From Candidatus Vogelbacteria bacterium (GTDB lineage Bacteria; Patescibacteriota; Minisyncoccia; Phycocordibacterales; XYD1-FULL-46-19), in NCBI GenBank assembly GCA_903864935.1, contig CAIPHT010000006.1, positions 101,198-165,197 of the forward strand: a DNA stretch of 64,000 nucleotides, in the 5' to 3' direction. The notes under the pieces are model-generated. The model saw nothing but the letters and a program-made list of their open reading frames with translations, did no database searches and was not told the origin of the DNA. Positions 1 through 9,136 of this stretch are shown here, one piece after another. The position numbers and the translations under genes are program-made. The first letter of the stretch is position 1. Every line of letters begins with the position of its first letter.

Positions 1-455
1 GCTCGCTTAGCTGGCGAATTAGGCAAAGGAGCGATGACGGTTAAGACATTATCCTTGATCCCAATCTCCATCCCCACGCCACTAAAGTTGCCACGAATTT
101 CTTCATCAAATTTCTTCTTCTTTTCTGGTGGGAAGAAGGTGGTATAAGGATCCCCGAGCGACGCGGTCATCCCAGCGATGGCCCCCCAGACTCGTTCTTG
201 ATTAGTAGTGTGCTTGGTGGTGGAGCTATTGCCGTTATCATCAATATAGCGTTCGTTAAGAATATTCCAGGCTTGCCAGAAGGGTGAGAAATCAACAGCC
301 TCTGGACGCCCCACGTTCTTACCCACAACATCAACAACCTTCTCCTCCGCCGGTCGATGTTCGGAACCAAAATAAAAACCAAGGTAGAAAGTTCCTGCCC
401 AAGCAATAATAACCACGAGCCAAATGAGCCACTTGGCTCTAGATATTTTTTTCAT
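1..455 (-). CDS. C-terminal processing peptidase (S41 family), N-terminal part; gene runs off the window start
   Basis: Minus-strand frame is open from the window edge to an ATG at 455..453. Translation is MKKISRAKWLIWLVVIIAWAG(TM)...FWQAWNILNERYID...GVGMEIGIKDNVLTVIAPLPNSPAKRA, typical of the Ctp/Prc PDZ region. It is absent from the ORF track because it is truncated. Confidence 0.65.
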   Translation of the reverse strand, partial: MKKISRAKWLIWLVVIIAWAGTFYLGFYFGSEHRPAEEKVVDVVGKNVGRPEAVDFSPFWQAWNILNERYIDDNGNSSTTKHTTNQERVWGAIAGMTASLGDPYTTFFPPEKKKKFDEEIRGNFSGVGMEIGIKDNVLTVIAPLPNSPAKR

Positions 456-517
456 CCTGTTAATTATCGCAAATTGTCCTCTTGTGGTCAAATCATGAAA
501 AAGCTATAATTTGCTTA

Positions 518-1411
518 ATGATTAAACAATTAAAATATAAAAACGTCTCTTGGATCGATATTAGTAAACCAACGCGAGAGGAGGTCGCCAATCTCGCCAA
601 GCAATATAACCTTCATGATGTTGTCGCTGAGGAACTCCTCTCCCCCGCCAGTCGCTCTAAGGTTGATTATTATGAGGACTACATCTATATTGTCCTTCAC
701 TTCCCCGTTGGCAAATATTCAGTCGCCGAGATTGACTTTGTCCTTGGCCAAGATTTTGTCCTAACTATTCACTCCGAGAATATCCAGCCTCTCGCTGAAT
801 TCTCTCAAATTCTTGACGGGGGCAATGACAGCAAAAAGGAGAAAGGCTTCCACGCCGGGCACCTCTTCTACTATATGTTGCGCGAACTTTATGGACCACT
901 TGAAGTCGAGCTCGATGGCGTTAATAACAAATTAAAGAAGATTGAGGAGAAGATCTTCGCTGGTCAAGAAGCCGAGATGGTTCGCTCGCTCTCGCACATT
1001 AACCACGAACTGCTTGATATTAAATGGTCACTCAAGTTCCACCGCGAAGTTCTCACTTCTCTTGCTGGAGTGGGCAAGGATTTCTACGGTGAGAAATTTG
1101 ATTATTATTTGCGAGCGATTGTAAATGAGTATGAGCATGTGGCCGAACTGGTGAAGAGCAACCGCGAGATTTTTGCCGAACTTCATGCCACCAACGAGTC
1201 GCTCTTAATGATTAAGAATGGCCTGACCATGCGTGTACTCACGGCTCTCGCCTTCATCTTCTTGCCCGTCTCCTTAATCGCCTTCATCTTCAGCATGAGC
1301 GGCTCTGGTCCAGTTGTCGAATCTTACTTTGGCTGGTATGGTGTAATTGGCCTAATGGTGCTCGCCGCTCTAATCACCACGGGCCTCGCCAAATACAAAA
1401 AATGGATCTAG
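518..1411 (+). CDS. CorA-family divalent cation transporter (GMN motif replaced by SMS)
   Basis: 309/297-aa ORF. The C-terminus has two TM helices, ...FLPVSLIAFIFSMSGSG...YKKWI, aligning to the CorA YGMNF region. ATG at 518 (MIKQLKYK) is preferred over TTG at 482. Confidence 0.7.
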   Translation: MIKQLKYKNVSWIDISKPTREEVANLAKQYNLHDVVAEELLSPASRSKVDYYEDYIYIVLHFPVGKYSVAEIDFVLGQDFVLTIHSENIQPLAEFSQILDGGNDSKKEKGFHAGHLFYYMLRELYGPLEVELDGVNNKLKKIEEKIFAGQEAEMVRSLSHINHELLDIKWSLKFHREVLTSLAGVGKDFYGEKFDYYLRAIVNEYEHVAELVKSNREIFAELHATNESLLMIKNGLTMRVLTALAFIFLPVSLIAFIFSMSGSGPVVESYFGWYGVIGLMVLAALITTGLAKYKKWI

Positions 1412-2721
1412 TATTCTACAACACCCTAACTCGCAAAAAAGAAGAATTCTCTCCCGTCGCCACGGAATCTAAAACTGTGAATCTCTATGTCTGTGGCCCA
1501 ACCGTCTATAATTATGCTCACATCGGGAATCTCCGTTCCTACGTCTTCGCCGATATCGCTTACCGCACGCTAGGCTTTGCTGGCTATGACGTTAAATGGG
1601 TAATGAATCTTACCGACATCGATGACAAAACGATTAAGGGAACTATCGATAAATACGGAAAAGATTCAGGGGTCAGAGAACTAAAAAGGTATACCGAAGA
1701 ATACACTCAAGCTTTTTTTGCCGATTTAGATAAATTAAATATTGAGAGAAAAAATATTAAATTTATTAAAGTCACCAATGTTATCCCGCAGATTCAAAAA
1801 TTTATCGTCGAGCTAATCAATAAAGGTTATGCTTACAAAGCTGATGATGGCAGCACCTATTTCAGTATTAATAAGTATCAAGAAGTTTTTAATAATTACG
1901 GTGAACTTGTCGGTGACAAATTCTTAGAGGGCAAGCAAATTGGAGCTGGTTCGACAGGCTCACCACAAGCTCGCAATAAAGCCGATGAATACACGAAGGA
2001 TGATATAAATGACTTTGCTCTCTGGAAGGCAAGGGCCCCCGAAGACGCCAACATTTATTGGGGGCACGAGATATTGGGCGATGGTCGCCCCGGTTGGCAT
2101 ATTGAGTGCTCAGTGATTAATTATGTCGCTTTCGGAGACAAAACTGTTGATATCCATACGGGGGGCGTTGATCTCGCTTTCCCCCACCACACCAATGAGA
2201 TGGCTCAGAGCGAGGCTCATAATGACAAGCCCTTTGTGAAATATTGGCTCCACCCTGAGCACCTCTTCGTCGACAACAAGAAGATGTCGAAGTCGCTCAA
2301 TAACTTTTATACTCTAACGGATATTAAAGAAAAACATTTTAACCCTATTGCCTATCGTTATATCCTCCTGCAATCAAGCTACAAGCAAACTACCAACTTC
2401 ACTTGGGAATCACTTGAAGCGGGAGCCAGAGGTTATGAAAATTTGAAAAGTAAAATTGAGCGTCTTAAAAAATCTACCGGGTTCTTCAAATCACTGCTTG
2501 CCAAATTTTCTGGAGGTGAGTCCTCAAGTGCGCCCGAGGTCTCTCCTCGAGAAAATTTCGATAAATATCTTAAAGACTTCCAAACCAAAATCGGCTCTCT
2601 AAACACCGCTGCCGGACTCGCCTCCTTGCAGGGTGTCCTCTCTGCCAAAGATCTTACCCCCGCCCAGAAGCTGGTCTTAATCAAAAAATTTGATGAGGTA
2701 CTAGGGCTAGAACTTCTCTAA
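1402..2721 (+). CDS. cysS: cysteine--tRNA ligase
   Basis: MDLVFYNTLTRKKEEF...CGPTVYNYAHIGN (HIGH motif)...KMSKSLNNF (KMSKS); length 439 aa. Confidence 0.95.
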   Translation: MDLVFYNTLTRKKEEFSPVATESKTVNLYVCGPTVYNYAHIGNLRSYVFADIAYRTLGFAGYDVKWVMNLTDIDDKTIKGTIDKYGKDSGVRELKRYTEEYTQAFFADLDKLNIERKNIKFIKVTNVIPQIQKFIVELINKGYAYKADDGSTYFSINKYQEVFNNYGELVGDKFLEGKQIGAGSTGSPQARNKADEYTKDDINDFALWKARAPEDANIYWGHEILGDGRPGWHIECSVINYVAFGDKTVDIHTGGVDLAFPHHTNEMAQSEAHNDKPFVKYWLHPEHLFVDNKKMSKSLNNFYTLTDIKEKHFNPIAYRYILLQSSYKQTTNFTWESLEAGARGYENLKSKIERLKKSTGFFKSLLAKFSGGESSSAPEVSPRENFDKYLKDFQTKIGSLNTAAGLASLQGVLSAKDLTPAQKLVLIKKFDEVLGLELL

Positions 2722-2759
2722 ATAAAAGTGGCCGACGCAGAAGCGTCGACCACGATGGA

Positions 2760-3950
2760 TCATTCGGTTTTATCATTGTTGCTTCTCGCAACAAGTAAGG
2801 CCCCGACGATAAGGGAAACTCCTGAGATTATCCACGCGGCTCCAATACCTAAGTACTGAGCAATTAGGCCACTCAACATCAGCCCCACGGCTCCACCAAT
2901 GTGTGGAGCAATAGAACAAAATGAAGATATTGTTGCTCGCTCATGAGACGGAATCCGTTTCTGAAGGTAACTACCAACCAGAGGATTCATGCAACCCCGC
3001 GGAACTTCGTGCAAGATAAACAGAACAACAATAAGGGGAAGTCCCGGAGCAAGAACGGTCATGATGACCAGTAGACCCGTCACAACTTGCGACCAAATGA
3101 TCAGCTTCTTTTCTTGACCATTAAGTTTGATCTGCGAGACAAGGTAGGCACCGACCGCCAAGGCAAGCATCATCCCGGTAAAAAGAAAGCCGAGGTGTTG
3201 CCTGCTCATCTGGTGCTCCCTAAAGTACGGTTGCCAGTACATGTTCAGGGGTTGAACGGCGAAGATCATAAGGCAGGTGACCACCAAGACAAAACGAACG
3301 GCCCGGTCATTCATACCATAACGGATACTCGTCACAGCGACCTCGCGCATTGAAGCCAGTCCCCTTCTAAAAGAGAAAGGTTTCCGCACAAAGTATTCTT
3401 CTCTCATCACGAGCGTCGCATAGACCGTCGTAATAAGGAGAACGAATCCGCCGACAAACCAGGGAAGAGCCGGATTATAGACCGCGAGATAAGAACCCGC
3501 AATAGCACCGATGCCTCCGCCAATCTGGAAAATCAGACCTTCTCGTCCAAAGATTCGGTGGAACTCTCCGTCATAGCCCTGGTGTTTGAGACTGTCAACA
3601 AGCCAAGCTTGGAAGGCTCCGCTGCGAAAAGTAAGGCCAACGGCACCCAATATCTCAGCGAGAGCAAACCCTAGAAATGTGTGTGACAAGCCATAGACAA
3701 ACATGCTCAAGGCCATAAGCCCGCAAGCAACAAGGAACGAGGTCTTCCGACCGAAGATGTCTGCGAAGGCTCCCGTGGGAATCTCGCAGGCAAACAAGGT
3801 CAGGAAGAAGACACAGTTGGCCAAGTTTACTTGAAGCAAGTTCAGGCCATTCCCGATCAAGAAGTCAACGTAGATAGCGCTGACAATAGACAGACCTCCA
3901 ACGTTGAAGAGACACGATAACACATAGTACTGACGGATGATCTTCTTCAT
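2760..3950 (-). CDS. MFS transporter
   Basis: 396 aa with 12 predicted TM helices and MFS-like loop motifs (GRK..S). Confidence 0.8.
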   Translation of the reverse strand: MKKIIRQYYVLSCLFNVGGLSIVSAIYVDFLIGNGLNLLQVNLANCVFFLTLFACEIPTGAFADIFGRKTSFLVACGLMALSMFVYGLSHTFLGFALAEILGAVGLTFRSGAFQAWLVDSLKHQGYDGEFHRIFGREGLIFQIGGGIGAIAGSYLAVYNPALPWFVGGFVLLITTVYATLVMREEYFVRKPFSFRRGLASMREVAVTSIRYGMNDRAVRFVLVVTCLMIFAVQPLNMYWQPYFREHQMSRQHLGFLFTGMMLALAVGAYLVSQIKLNGQEKKLIIWSQVVTGLLVIMTVLAPGLPLIVVLFILHEVPRGCMNPLVGSYLQKRIPSHERATISSFCSIAPHIGGAVGLMLSGLIAQYLGIGAAWIISGVSLIVGALLVARSNNDKTE

Positions 3951-4310
3951 GTTTTTTCCTTTCAGGAGTTGTTTTCAAAGAACAAAATTCCCTGGACGTG
4001 GGACGAAAAATCCCGACTTACGTCCAGTCGGGATTTTTCTAGAATACTTTTGAGAAGAGAGTTTTTAAATCAAAGGTATATGAGAAACATCACGACTAGT
4101 CGCAAGGCCGTCGATAGTGACGGGCATAGCGAAATAACCAGAGAGAAGATCCTGGTGATTCCAGTACTTATTAGTGATGTTCATATTTGCGTTCATATTT
4201 TTATACTATCCCATATATCCAATTCTGTCAATACAGAGATTCCGCAAGGTTATCAACTTCTGCCGATCGTCAATTTTTGATAACATTTTTCTTTAAGTAA
4301 AAAAACCGCC

Positions 4311-4345
4311 CTGCGCTCGATTGAGCGCAGGGCGGGAACTTACAG
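4311..4345 (-). terminator. rho-independent terminator (13-bp perfect stem ccgccctgcgctc/gagcgcagggcgg, loop gatt, T-run on minus strand)
   Basis: Perfect inverted repeat at 4316-4345, preceded by aaaaa on the + strand (ttttt on minus). Lies just downstream of the minus gene ending at 4365. Confidence 0.7.
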
Positions 4346-4364
4346 GTTGCCCTAGCCGCTGGGG

Positions 4365-4913
4365 CTAGAACAAAAGCGGACGGACGACCACCAGAAGGAC
4401 CATGACAGTCTCAATGACGGTGAACGTCAAAGGCTGAAGGGCATTTGCGAGGTCCCACTTCTTGAGCGCCAACAGAGCGCAAACGCAGGAAGCGAACCAA
4501 ATGCACCAGGACAGCGGGTCTTCTTGGGCGGGGCGGTAGTAGCCGTTGGCGAATGTCGGAAAAGCTCCGGCAAATACCGCGACTTGGCAGGACACGATCG
4601 CAAGGACCGCATTACCTGTCTTTTTCCACAGAGCAACACCGATAACTGCACCGGCAATACTCACCCACTCCGTCGAACCCATGGTCGGCTGGCCATAAAA
4701 GAACGCTAAGGCGGTAATGCCCCAAGCGCCAGCTACGGCCCCCGATATCTGCCCAAGTTTTGCCTTCTCCTTACGCATCGCGAGAAGGGAAAGTGTATCG
4801 ACACTCGCCCAGATTGCCCACGACACTGGAGACGGCACTGTCTCGCCATGAATGGTCGCCCATGCATATGGCAAGAAAGCCAAGAAAAACAGAATGCCTG
4901 ACAACGTGCTCAT
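4365..4913 (-). CDS. hypothetical integral membrane protein
   Basis: 182-aa ORF with about 5 hydrophobic helices and its own terminator downstream. Confidence 0.5.
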   Translation of the reverse strand: MSTLSGILFFLAFLPYAWATIHGETVPSPVSWAIWASVDTLSLLAMRKEKAKLGQISGAVAGAWGITALAFFYGQPTMGSTEWVSIAGAVIGVALWKKTGNAVLAIVSCQVAVFAGAFPTFANGYYRPAQEDPLSWCIWFASCVCALLALKKWDLANALQPLTFTVIETVMVLLVVVRPLLF

Positions 4914-5081
4914 TGGGTTTCCCCTCCGCTAGAGAACCGCTAATTCGGCTCTCAATATCTACTTACATTATAGCACCATATATACTATTTTGTCAAGTCG
5001 AGAATTCTCCCCTATTTATACACCTATTAACCCCAATTTGGGGCTTGGCTTTTAAATTGGGCAATGTGATAGAATAGAGAC

Positions 5082-6461
5082 ATGGCCGTCAACAAACAAC
5101 CTTTTGCTAACAAGCAACCCTTCAACACCGGGACAAAATTAAGGATCCCGCCCAATGATAATGAGGCCGAGCAGGCCCTCTTGGGTTCGGTCATGATTAG
5201 CCCCAAGAGCTTGGGTGAGATTGCCGACTTCTTGAAGGCCGAGGACTTCTATTCTATTCGTCATCACAAAATTTATAATGCTATGCTCGACTTGGCCGAC
5301 GTGGGTCACCCGGTGGATATTGTCTCTGTGTCGTCTAAGCTCAAAGACAAGGGGCTCTTAGAGAGTGTCGGCGGTTCGAGTTATATTGCCGAGATTGCCG
5401 GTAAGGTTCCCTCCGCTTCAAACATTGGCCACTATGCCGAACTCGTCCACAAGAAGTCGGCTCTCCGTAGTCTCATCAGCTCAGCCGACGAGATCTCCGA
5501 ACTCGGTTATCACGAGAGCGAAGATGTCAGTGACGTACTTGATCGCGCGCAGAAAATTATTTTCAATCTTGGTTCTTACGCTACTAAAAAAATCACTAAT
5601 CTTAAGGATGCCTTGGCTGAGGCTTGGGAACGCTTCGACCACTTGAGCAAAACTGAGGGCGAGATTCGCGGTGTCTCGACTGGCTTCAAAGGTCTTGATG
5701 ACAAGCTTGCTGGTCTACAAAAATCCGATTTAATTATCTTGGCCGCTCGCCCATCTATGGGTAAGACTTCTCTCGCGCTAGACATCGCTCGCCATGCTGC
5801 TTGTCGCAACAAGGTACCGACCCTTATCTTCTCGCTCGAAATGAGCACCCAACAATTGACCGATCGCCTACTCTCCGCCGAGAGCTTTGTCGATTCATGG
5901 AAGTTGCGCACCGGTGCCATTCGCGCCGATGAAGATTTTGCCCGTTTGCGCGACGCCTTAGATTCACTTGCCCAAGCGCCCATCTTCATTGACGATGAGC
6001 CATCCAATAATATTTTGCGTATGAAGTCCGAAGCTCGCAAGCTTAAGGCCGAGCACGGCCTAGGGCTCATTGTGGTGGACTACCTCCAACTCATGGTCCC
6101 CCGCACGCAATCTGATTCGCTCGTGCAACAAATCACTGAGGTCTCTCGTTCCTTAAAAGCTCTGGCTCGTGAGATTGATGTGCCGGTACTCGCCCTCTCT
6201 CAGTTGAACCGTGCTGTTGAGCAACGTGGTGGCAAGCCTCGCCTCTCTGACCTCCGTGACTCTGGATCCATCGAACAGGATGCCGACGTCGTGCTCTTCA
6301 TCCACCGCGAGAAAGATGAGAATAGCAACGAGAAGAATAGCCTCGCCGAGATCATGATCGAGAAGCACCGCAATGGCCCCACCGGTAAGGTGGACCTCTA
6401 CTTCGACGCCCAACGCACCAGCTTCTCGGATATTGAAAAGGGCGATTTTGGAACTTTTTAA
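5082..6461 (+). CDS. dnaB: replicative DNA helicase DnaB
   Basis: N-terminal EAEQALLGSVM, Walker A ARPSMGKTS, RecA-like C-terminal domain; 459 aa. Confidence 0.95.
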   Translation: MAVNKQPFANKQPFNTGTKLRIPPNDNEAEQALLGSVMISPKSLGEIADFLKAEDFYSIRHHKIYNAMLDLADVGHPVDIVSVSSKLKDKGLLESVGGSSYIAEIAGKVPSASNIGHYAELVHKKSALRSLISSADEISELGYHESEDVSDVLDRAQKIIFNLGSYATKKITNLKDALAEAWERFDHLSKTEGEIRGVSTGFKGLDDKLAGLQKSDLIILAARPSMGKTSLALDIARHAACRNKVPTLIFSLEMSTQQLTDRLLSAESFVDSWKLRTGAIRADEDFARLRDALDSLAQAPIFIDDEPSNNILRMKSEARKLKAEHGLGLIVVDYLQLMVPRTQSDSLVQQITEVSRSLKALAREIDVPVLALSQLNRAVEQRGGKPRLSDLRDSGSIEQDADVVLFIHREKDENSNEKNSLAEIMIEKHRNGPTGKVDLYFDAQRTSFSDIEKGDFGTF

Positions 6462-6471
6462 GGCAAGCGAG

Positions 6472-6549
6472 AGCCTTCGGCTTTTTGAAAATGTCTGGCC
6501 GAAATCGTAGATTGAGGAGAACCGAGGACTTTTCAAAAAGCCGAAGGCT
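6472..6549. repeat. intergenic hairpin repeat family A, copy 1 (outer stem agccttcggctttttgaaaa / ttttcaaaaagccgaaggct enclosing core tgtctggccgaaatcgtagattgaggagaaccgaggac)
   Basis: Core is 36/38 identical to copies at 34384-34459 and (reverse) 47440-47495. A diverged inverted copy lies at 6589-6632. Confidence 0.7.
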
Positions 6550-6588
6550 GGAGCGAACGATAGGAACAAAAATTAGTTTATTCCTATT

Positions 6589-6632
6589 AAAAAGTCCTCG
6601 GATCTCCTCGTGTATCTCGGCCAGACATTTTT
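6589..6632. repeat. family A repeat, diverged inverted copy
   Basis: aaaaagtcctcggatctcctcgtgtatctcggccagacattttt is the reverse complement of the core ends, with internal divergence. Confidence 0.5.
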
Positions 6633-6661
6633 ACTAGAAAAAATTAATTTTTGTTAAACAA

Positions 6662-7282
6662 ATGGACCCCATTCATCAATTAACCGATTTATTTAAAAAA
6701 TTTCCCGGCATTGGCCCACGCCAAGCCCGGCGTTTTGTTTATTATCTCCTCTCCGCTGACCAAAGTATCGTTGATCAAATGAGTGAAAAAATAAAAAATC
6801 TCAAGCAGGCTATCAAACAATGCTCCGAGTGCCAACGTTATTTTAATAATAGTTATAATCCTAAGAATAATTTATGCAAAATTTGTGCCGACAACACGCG
6901 CGATAAGGGTAGTCTCTTAATTATTGAGAAAGATATTGATCTTGAGGTTGTCGAGAAATCTGGCTCTTATAAGGGCTATTACTTCGTCCTAGGTGGGACA
7001 GTCCCAATCTTGGACCCTAATCCAGAGGTCCACATCCGCTTCCCTCTTCTCCTGTCAAAATTAGAAAATAAGATAAAGGAGGGCTTAAGTGAGATTATCG
7101 TGGCTCTTTCGGTCACCACCGAAGGTGACCACACGGCCCACTGGCTCGCCACCAAACTAGAACCCTTAGCCCTCCAAGCCGGGATCAAAATCTCCTTCCC
7201 CGGCCGTGGTCTCTCCACTGGCAGTGAGTTAGAATATGCTGACTCCGAGACCATCAAGAATGCTCTAAAAAATCGGCAGTAG
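6662..7282 (+). CDS. recR: recombination protein RecR
   Basis: HhH N-terminus (LFKKFPGIGPRQARR), C4 zinc finger CSECQRYFN..CKICAD, Toprim domain. Confidence 0.95.
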   Translation: MDPIHQLTDLFKKFPGIGPRQARRFVYYLLSADQSIVDQMSEKIKNLKQAIKQCSECQRYFNNSYNPKNNLCKICADNTRDKGSLLIIEKDIDLEVVEKSGSYKGYYFVLGGTVPILDPNPEVHIRFPLLLSKLENKIKEGLSEIIVALSVTTEGDHTAHWLATKLEPLALQAGIKISFPGRGLSTGSELEYADSETIKNALKNRQ

Positions 7283-7310
7283 GATTTCTCCGCCTGCCGA
7301 TTTTTTATTT
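7267..7310 (+). terminator. rho-independent terminator after recR
   Basis: aatcggcag...ctgccgatt stem followed by tttttta. Confidence 0.6.
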
Positions 7311-7406
7311 ACTTAGCCTTAACCTTCTTAGGTTTCTTGGCTTCGCGTCTTTGCTTATCACTTCCTTTAGCCATAAAAAATATAAATTATTTTTATAATG
7401 CTAATA

Positions 7407-7643
7407 TTATATCACTTTATGATAAGAAGGTAACCAGTCCATGAGACGACGACGGTGCTTATCGATCGTCCAAGTTTTTTTATCATCGAAAAGGACGGCA
7501 TGTGTTTCTTGGAATTGAAGGAGTGCCGCCTCCGTTGCCTGAGGAAAAGATTCGGGAATATTCTGATTGTAATACTCAACAAAGGCGCCCAAGGTAGTCT
7601 CCACAAAGTTCTTTTCTTGTTCTTGCTTATAGTTAAACTTCAC
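7407..7643 (-). CDS. hypothetical protein (78 aa)
   Basis: ORF only; no recognisable motif. Confidence 0.3.
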   Translation of the reverse strand: MKFNYKQEQEKNFVETTLGAFVEYYNQNIPESFPQATEAALLQFQETHAVLFDDKKTWTIDKHRRRLMDWLPSYHKVI

Positions 7644-7650
7644 CCTTACA

Positions 7651-8442
7651 TTATATCACAACCACAAGACTATTGTCAAAGTGAGCCCAGTCGCGCATAA
7701 AGGCGCTCTTGCTAACTACAATTCTCCCATAAGTGGGATCGTTCACAATAAGTTGACTGGGAGTGCTACTGCTTAAGCCCTGATAGCCAACAATGGTGCG
7801 GGCATGTTCGCCCGACCAAGCCTTGACCTCCTTGCCTTCACTCGTCCGCCAATTATCTGGTCGTGGATTACCCTCAACTGAGCCCCAATAAATTACCGGA
7901 TGGCCAGCCTTAAGCTCCCTGATGACATCGGCATAAGTGGCCCCACGATAACCGACACTGTCAGGTCGCCACTCTTGCACCAATTTTGTTAAGACGGGCC
8001 AATAGACCCCATAGCCGGTCGTATTCTGGGCGCCGTCAATTGAGCCGACAAATTCTTTATCAGGGTCACTCCAAGTATTATCAATCGAACGAGGAGCTGG
8101 GTTAATGGGCATTTTTTCTATCAAATCAGACTCACTAAGATTGACACCAAGCCCGGCCAGAGCCATCCTGAGAGCCGCGACCTCACAAGACAAGCTGTGT
8201 TGTTGATAATAGAGAGGGACAGACAAGATCAGGCGTTCAATTTTTGGTTCGGGAACAGTCAAGAAACTCTCTTCTGTCTGGGCCAAAATCGGTGGCGCCT
8301 TAAGCGGACGAGCTGTTCGCAGAACCGAAACATCAACAAGCTCTTCAGTCTCAACTTGATGATTAAAATAGACAAAAGAAAAAACCGCCCCCTCGGCCAG
8401 CAAAATCAAGAAAACAATTAAGACAAAAGTTTGTCTCTTCAC
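7651..8442 (-). CDS. secreted peptidase C39-like domain protein
   Basis: N-terminal signal anchor, then YQQHSLSCEVAALRMALAGLG (Cys of a C39/papain-like fold) with downstream His/Asp. Confidence 0.55.
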   Translation of the reverse strand: MKRQTFVLIVFLILLAEGAVFSFVYFNHQVETEELVDVSVLRTARPLKAPPILAQTEESFLTVPEPKIERLILSVPLYYQQHSLSCEVAALRMALAGLGVNLSESDLIEKMPINPAPRSIDNTWSDPDKEFVGSIDGAQNTTGYGVYWPVLTKLVQEWRPDSVGYRGATYADVIRELKAGHPVIYWGSVEGNPRPDNWRTSEGKEVKAWSGEHARTIVGYQGLSSSTPSQLIVNDPTYGRIVVSKSAFMRDWAHFDNSLVVVI

Positions 8443-8462
8443 CTCTTAATTATAATGCATAT

Positions 8463-8813
8463 TTATTTATAGACAATCTTCGTCTCGCGAAGTTCTTTTC
8501 TTATTTCCAGATAATTAGAAAAGGTTAGCGCCACCAAATTCCAAAAATTTGCCGAGTGATTAAATTCCTTCAAGTGACACAACTCATGCACAATAATATA
8601 ATCAGCCAGATGTGTCGGGAGCAAAACAATCTTATAATTGAAATTAAGATTCCCCCGCTTCGAGCAACTACCCCAACGCGTCTTCTGATTCCTGATACTG
8701 ATACGTCCCGGGGTAACCTGATACACCTGACTAAAATATTTAACCCGCTGATGAACCAAGAATCGAGCTAATTCACGATGTTTGAGATAATGACTTCGTC
8801 TCATGCTCGCCAA
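8463..8813 (-). CDS. YgjP/DUF45-like (SprT/M48-like) metal-dependent hydrolase, short form
   Basis: HExxH motif IIVHELCHL; WGSCS..G.L.FN motif typical of DUF45. Confidence 0.6.
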   Translation of the reverse strand: MASMRRSHYLKHRELARFLVHQRVKYFSQVYQVTPGRISIRNQKTRWGSCSKRGNLNFNYKIVLLPTHLADYIIVHELCHLKEFNHSANFWNLVALTFSNYLEIRKELRETKIVYK

Positions 8814-8889
8814 TTATAACATTGATTTTATAAACACTCGCAATTTGCTTTTTCTCTAAAAAGATGTCATTCTAGTGGAGGAATAATAT

Positions 8890-9129
8890 GCTCTTCACGG
8901 GGTGCCCGTGCCGTCTTCACCGGCCGGATTCCCTCCTGCTGAGGCCGCGCTCCACGCACGCGACCTCAGCCTATTAAAGCCCACCCGCCTCGTCCCATTC
9001 GGGTCAGGCACGCCTGAACGGCTAGCCAGGGGAACGCGTCTGCTACTGTCCATAACTCCCATGATTCCACGACCCTTGGCTAGCCAATTAAGTTCCCCGG
9101 ACGCGCAAACCCTTGCGCGTCCGTTTTTA
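8890..9129 (+). ncRNA. GC-rich structured ncRNA, possibly SRP RNA with an Alu-like 5' domain
   Basis: About 62% GC against 45% background. Contains several stems (gctgaggccgcg/gcgacctcagc; ggctagccagggg/cccttggctagcc), a GGUGCCCGUGCC...GGCCGGAUUCCCUCC segment resembling the Bacillus-type SRP Alu domain, a GUCAGG motif, and a terminal 10-bp hairpin plus U-run. The 5' boundary is approximate. No protein-like ORF. Confidence 0.4.
9099..9129 (+). terminator. intrinsic terminator closing the ncRNA
   Basis: ggacgcgcaa accc ttgcgcgtcc followed by gttttta. Confidence 0.7.
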
Positions 9130-9136
9130 TTTGCCA

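Noticed and set aside
3969-4280. 103-aa + ORF in the MFS upstream region
   Set aside because: AT-rich intergenic promoter region with no RBS or motif. Likely a chance ORF.
6153-6569. 138-aa minus ORF
   Set aside because: Overlaps the dnaB 3' end and runs through the family-A hairpin repeats
7311-7376. 21-aa Lys-rich minus ORF (MAKGSDKQRREAKKPKKVKAK)
   Set aside because: Too short to support. It could be a real small basic protein but there is no evidence.
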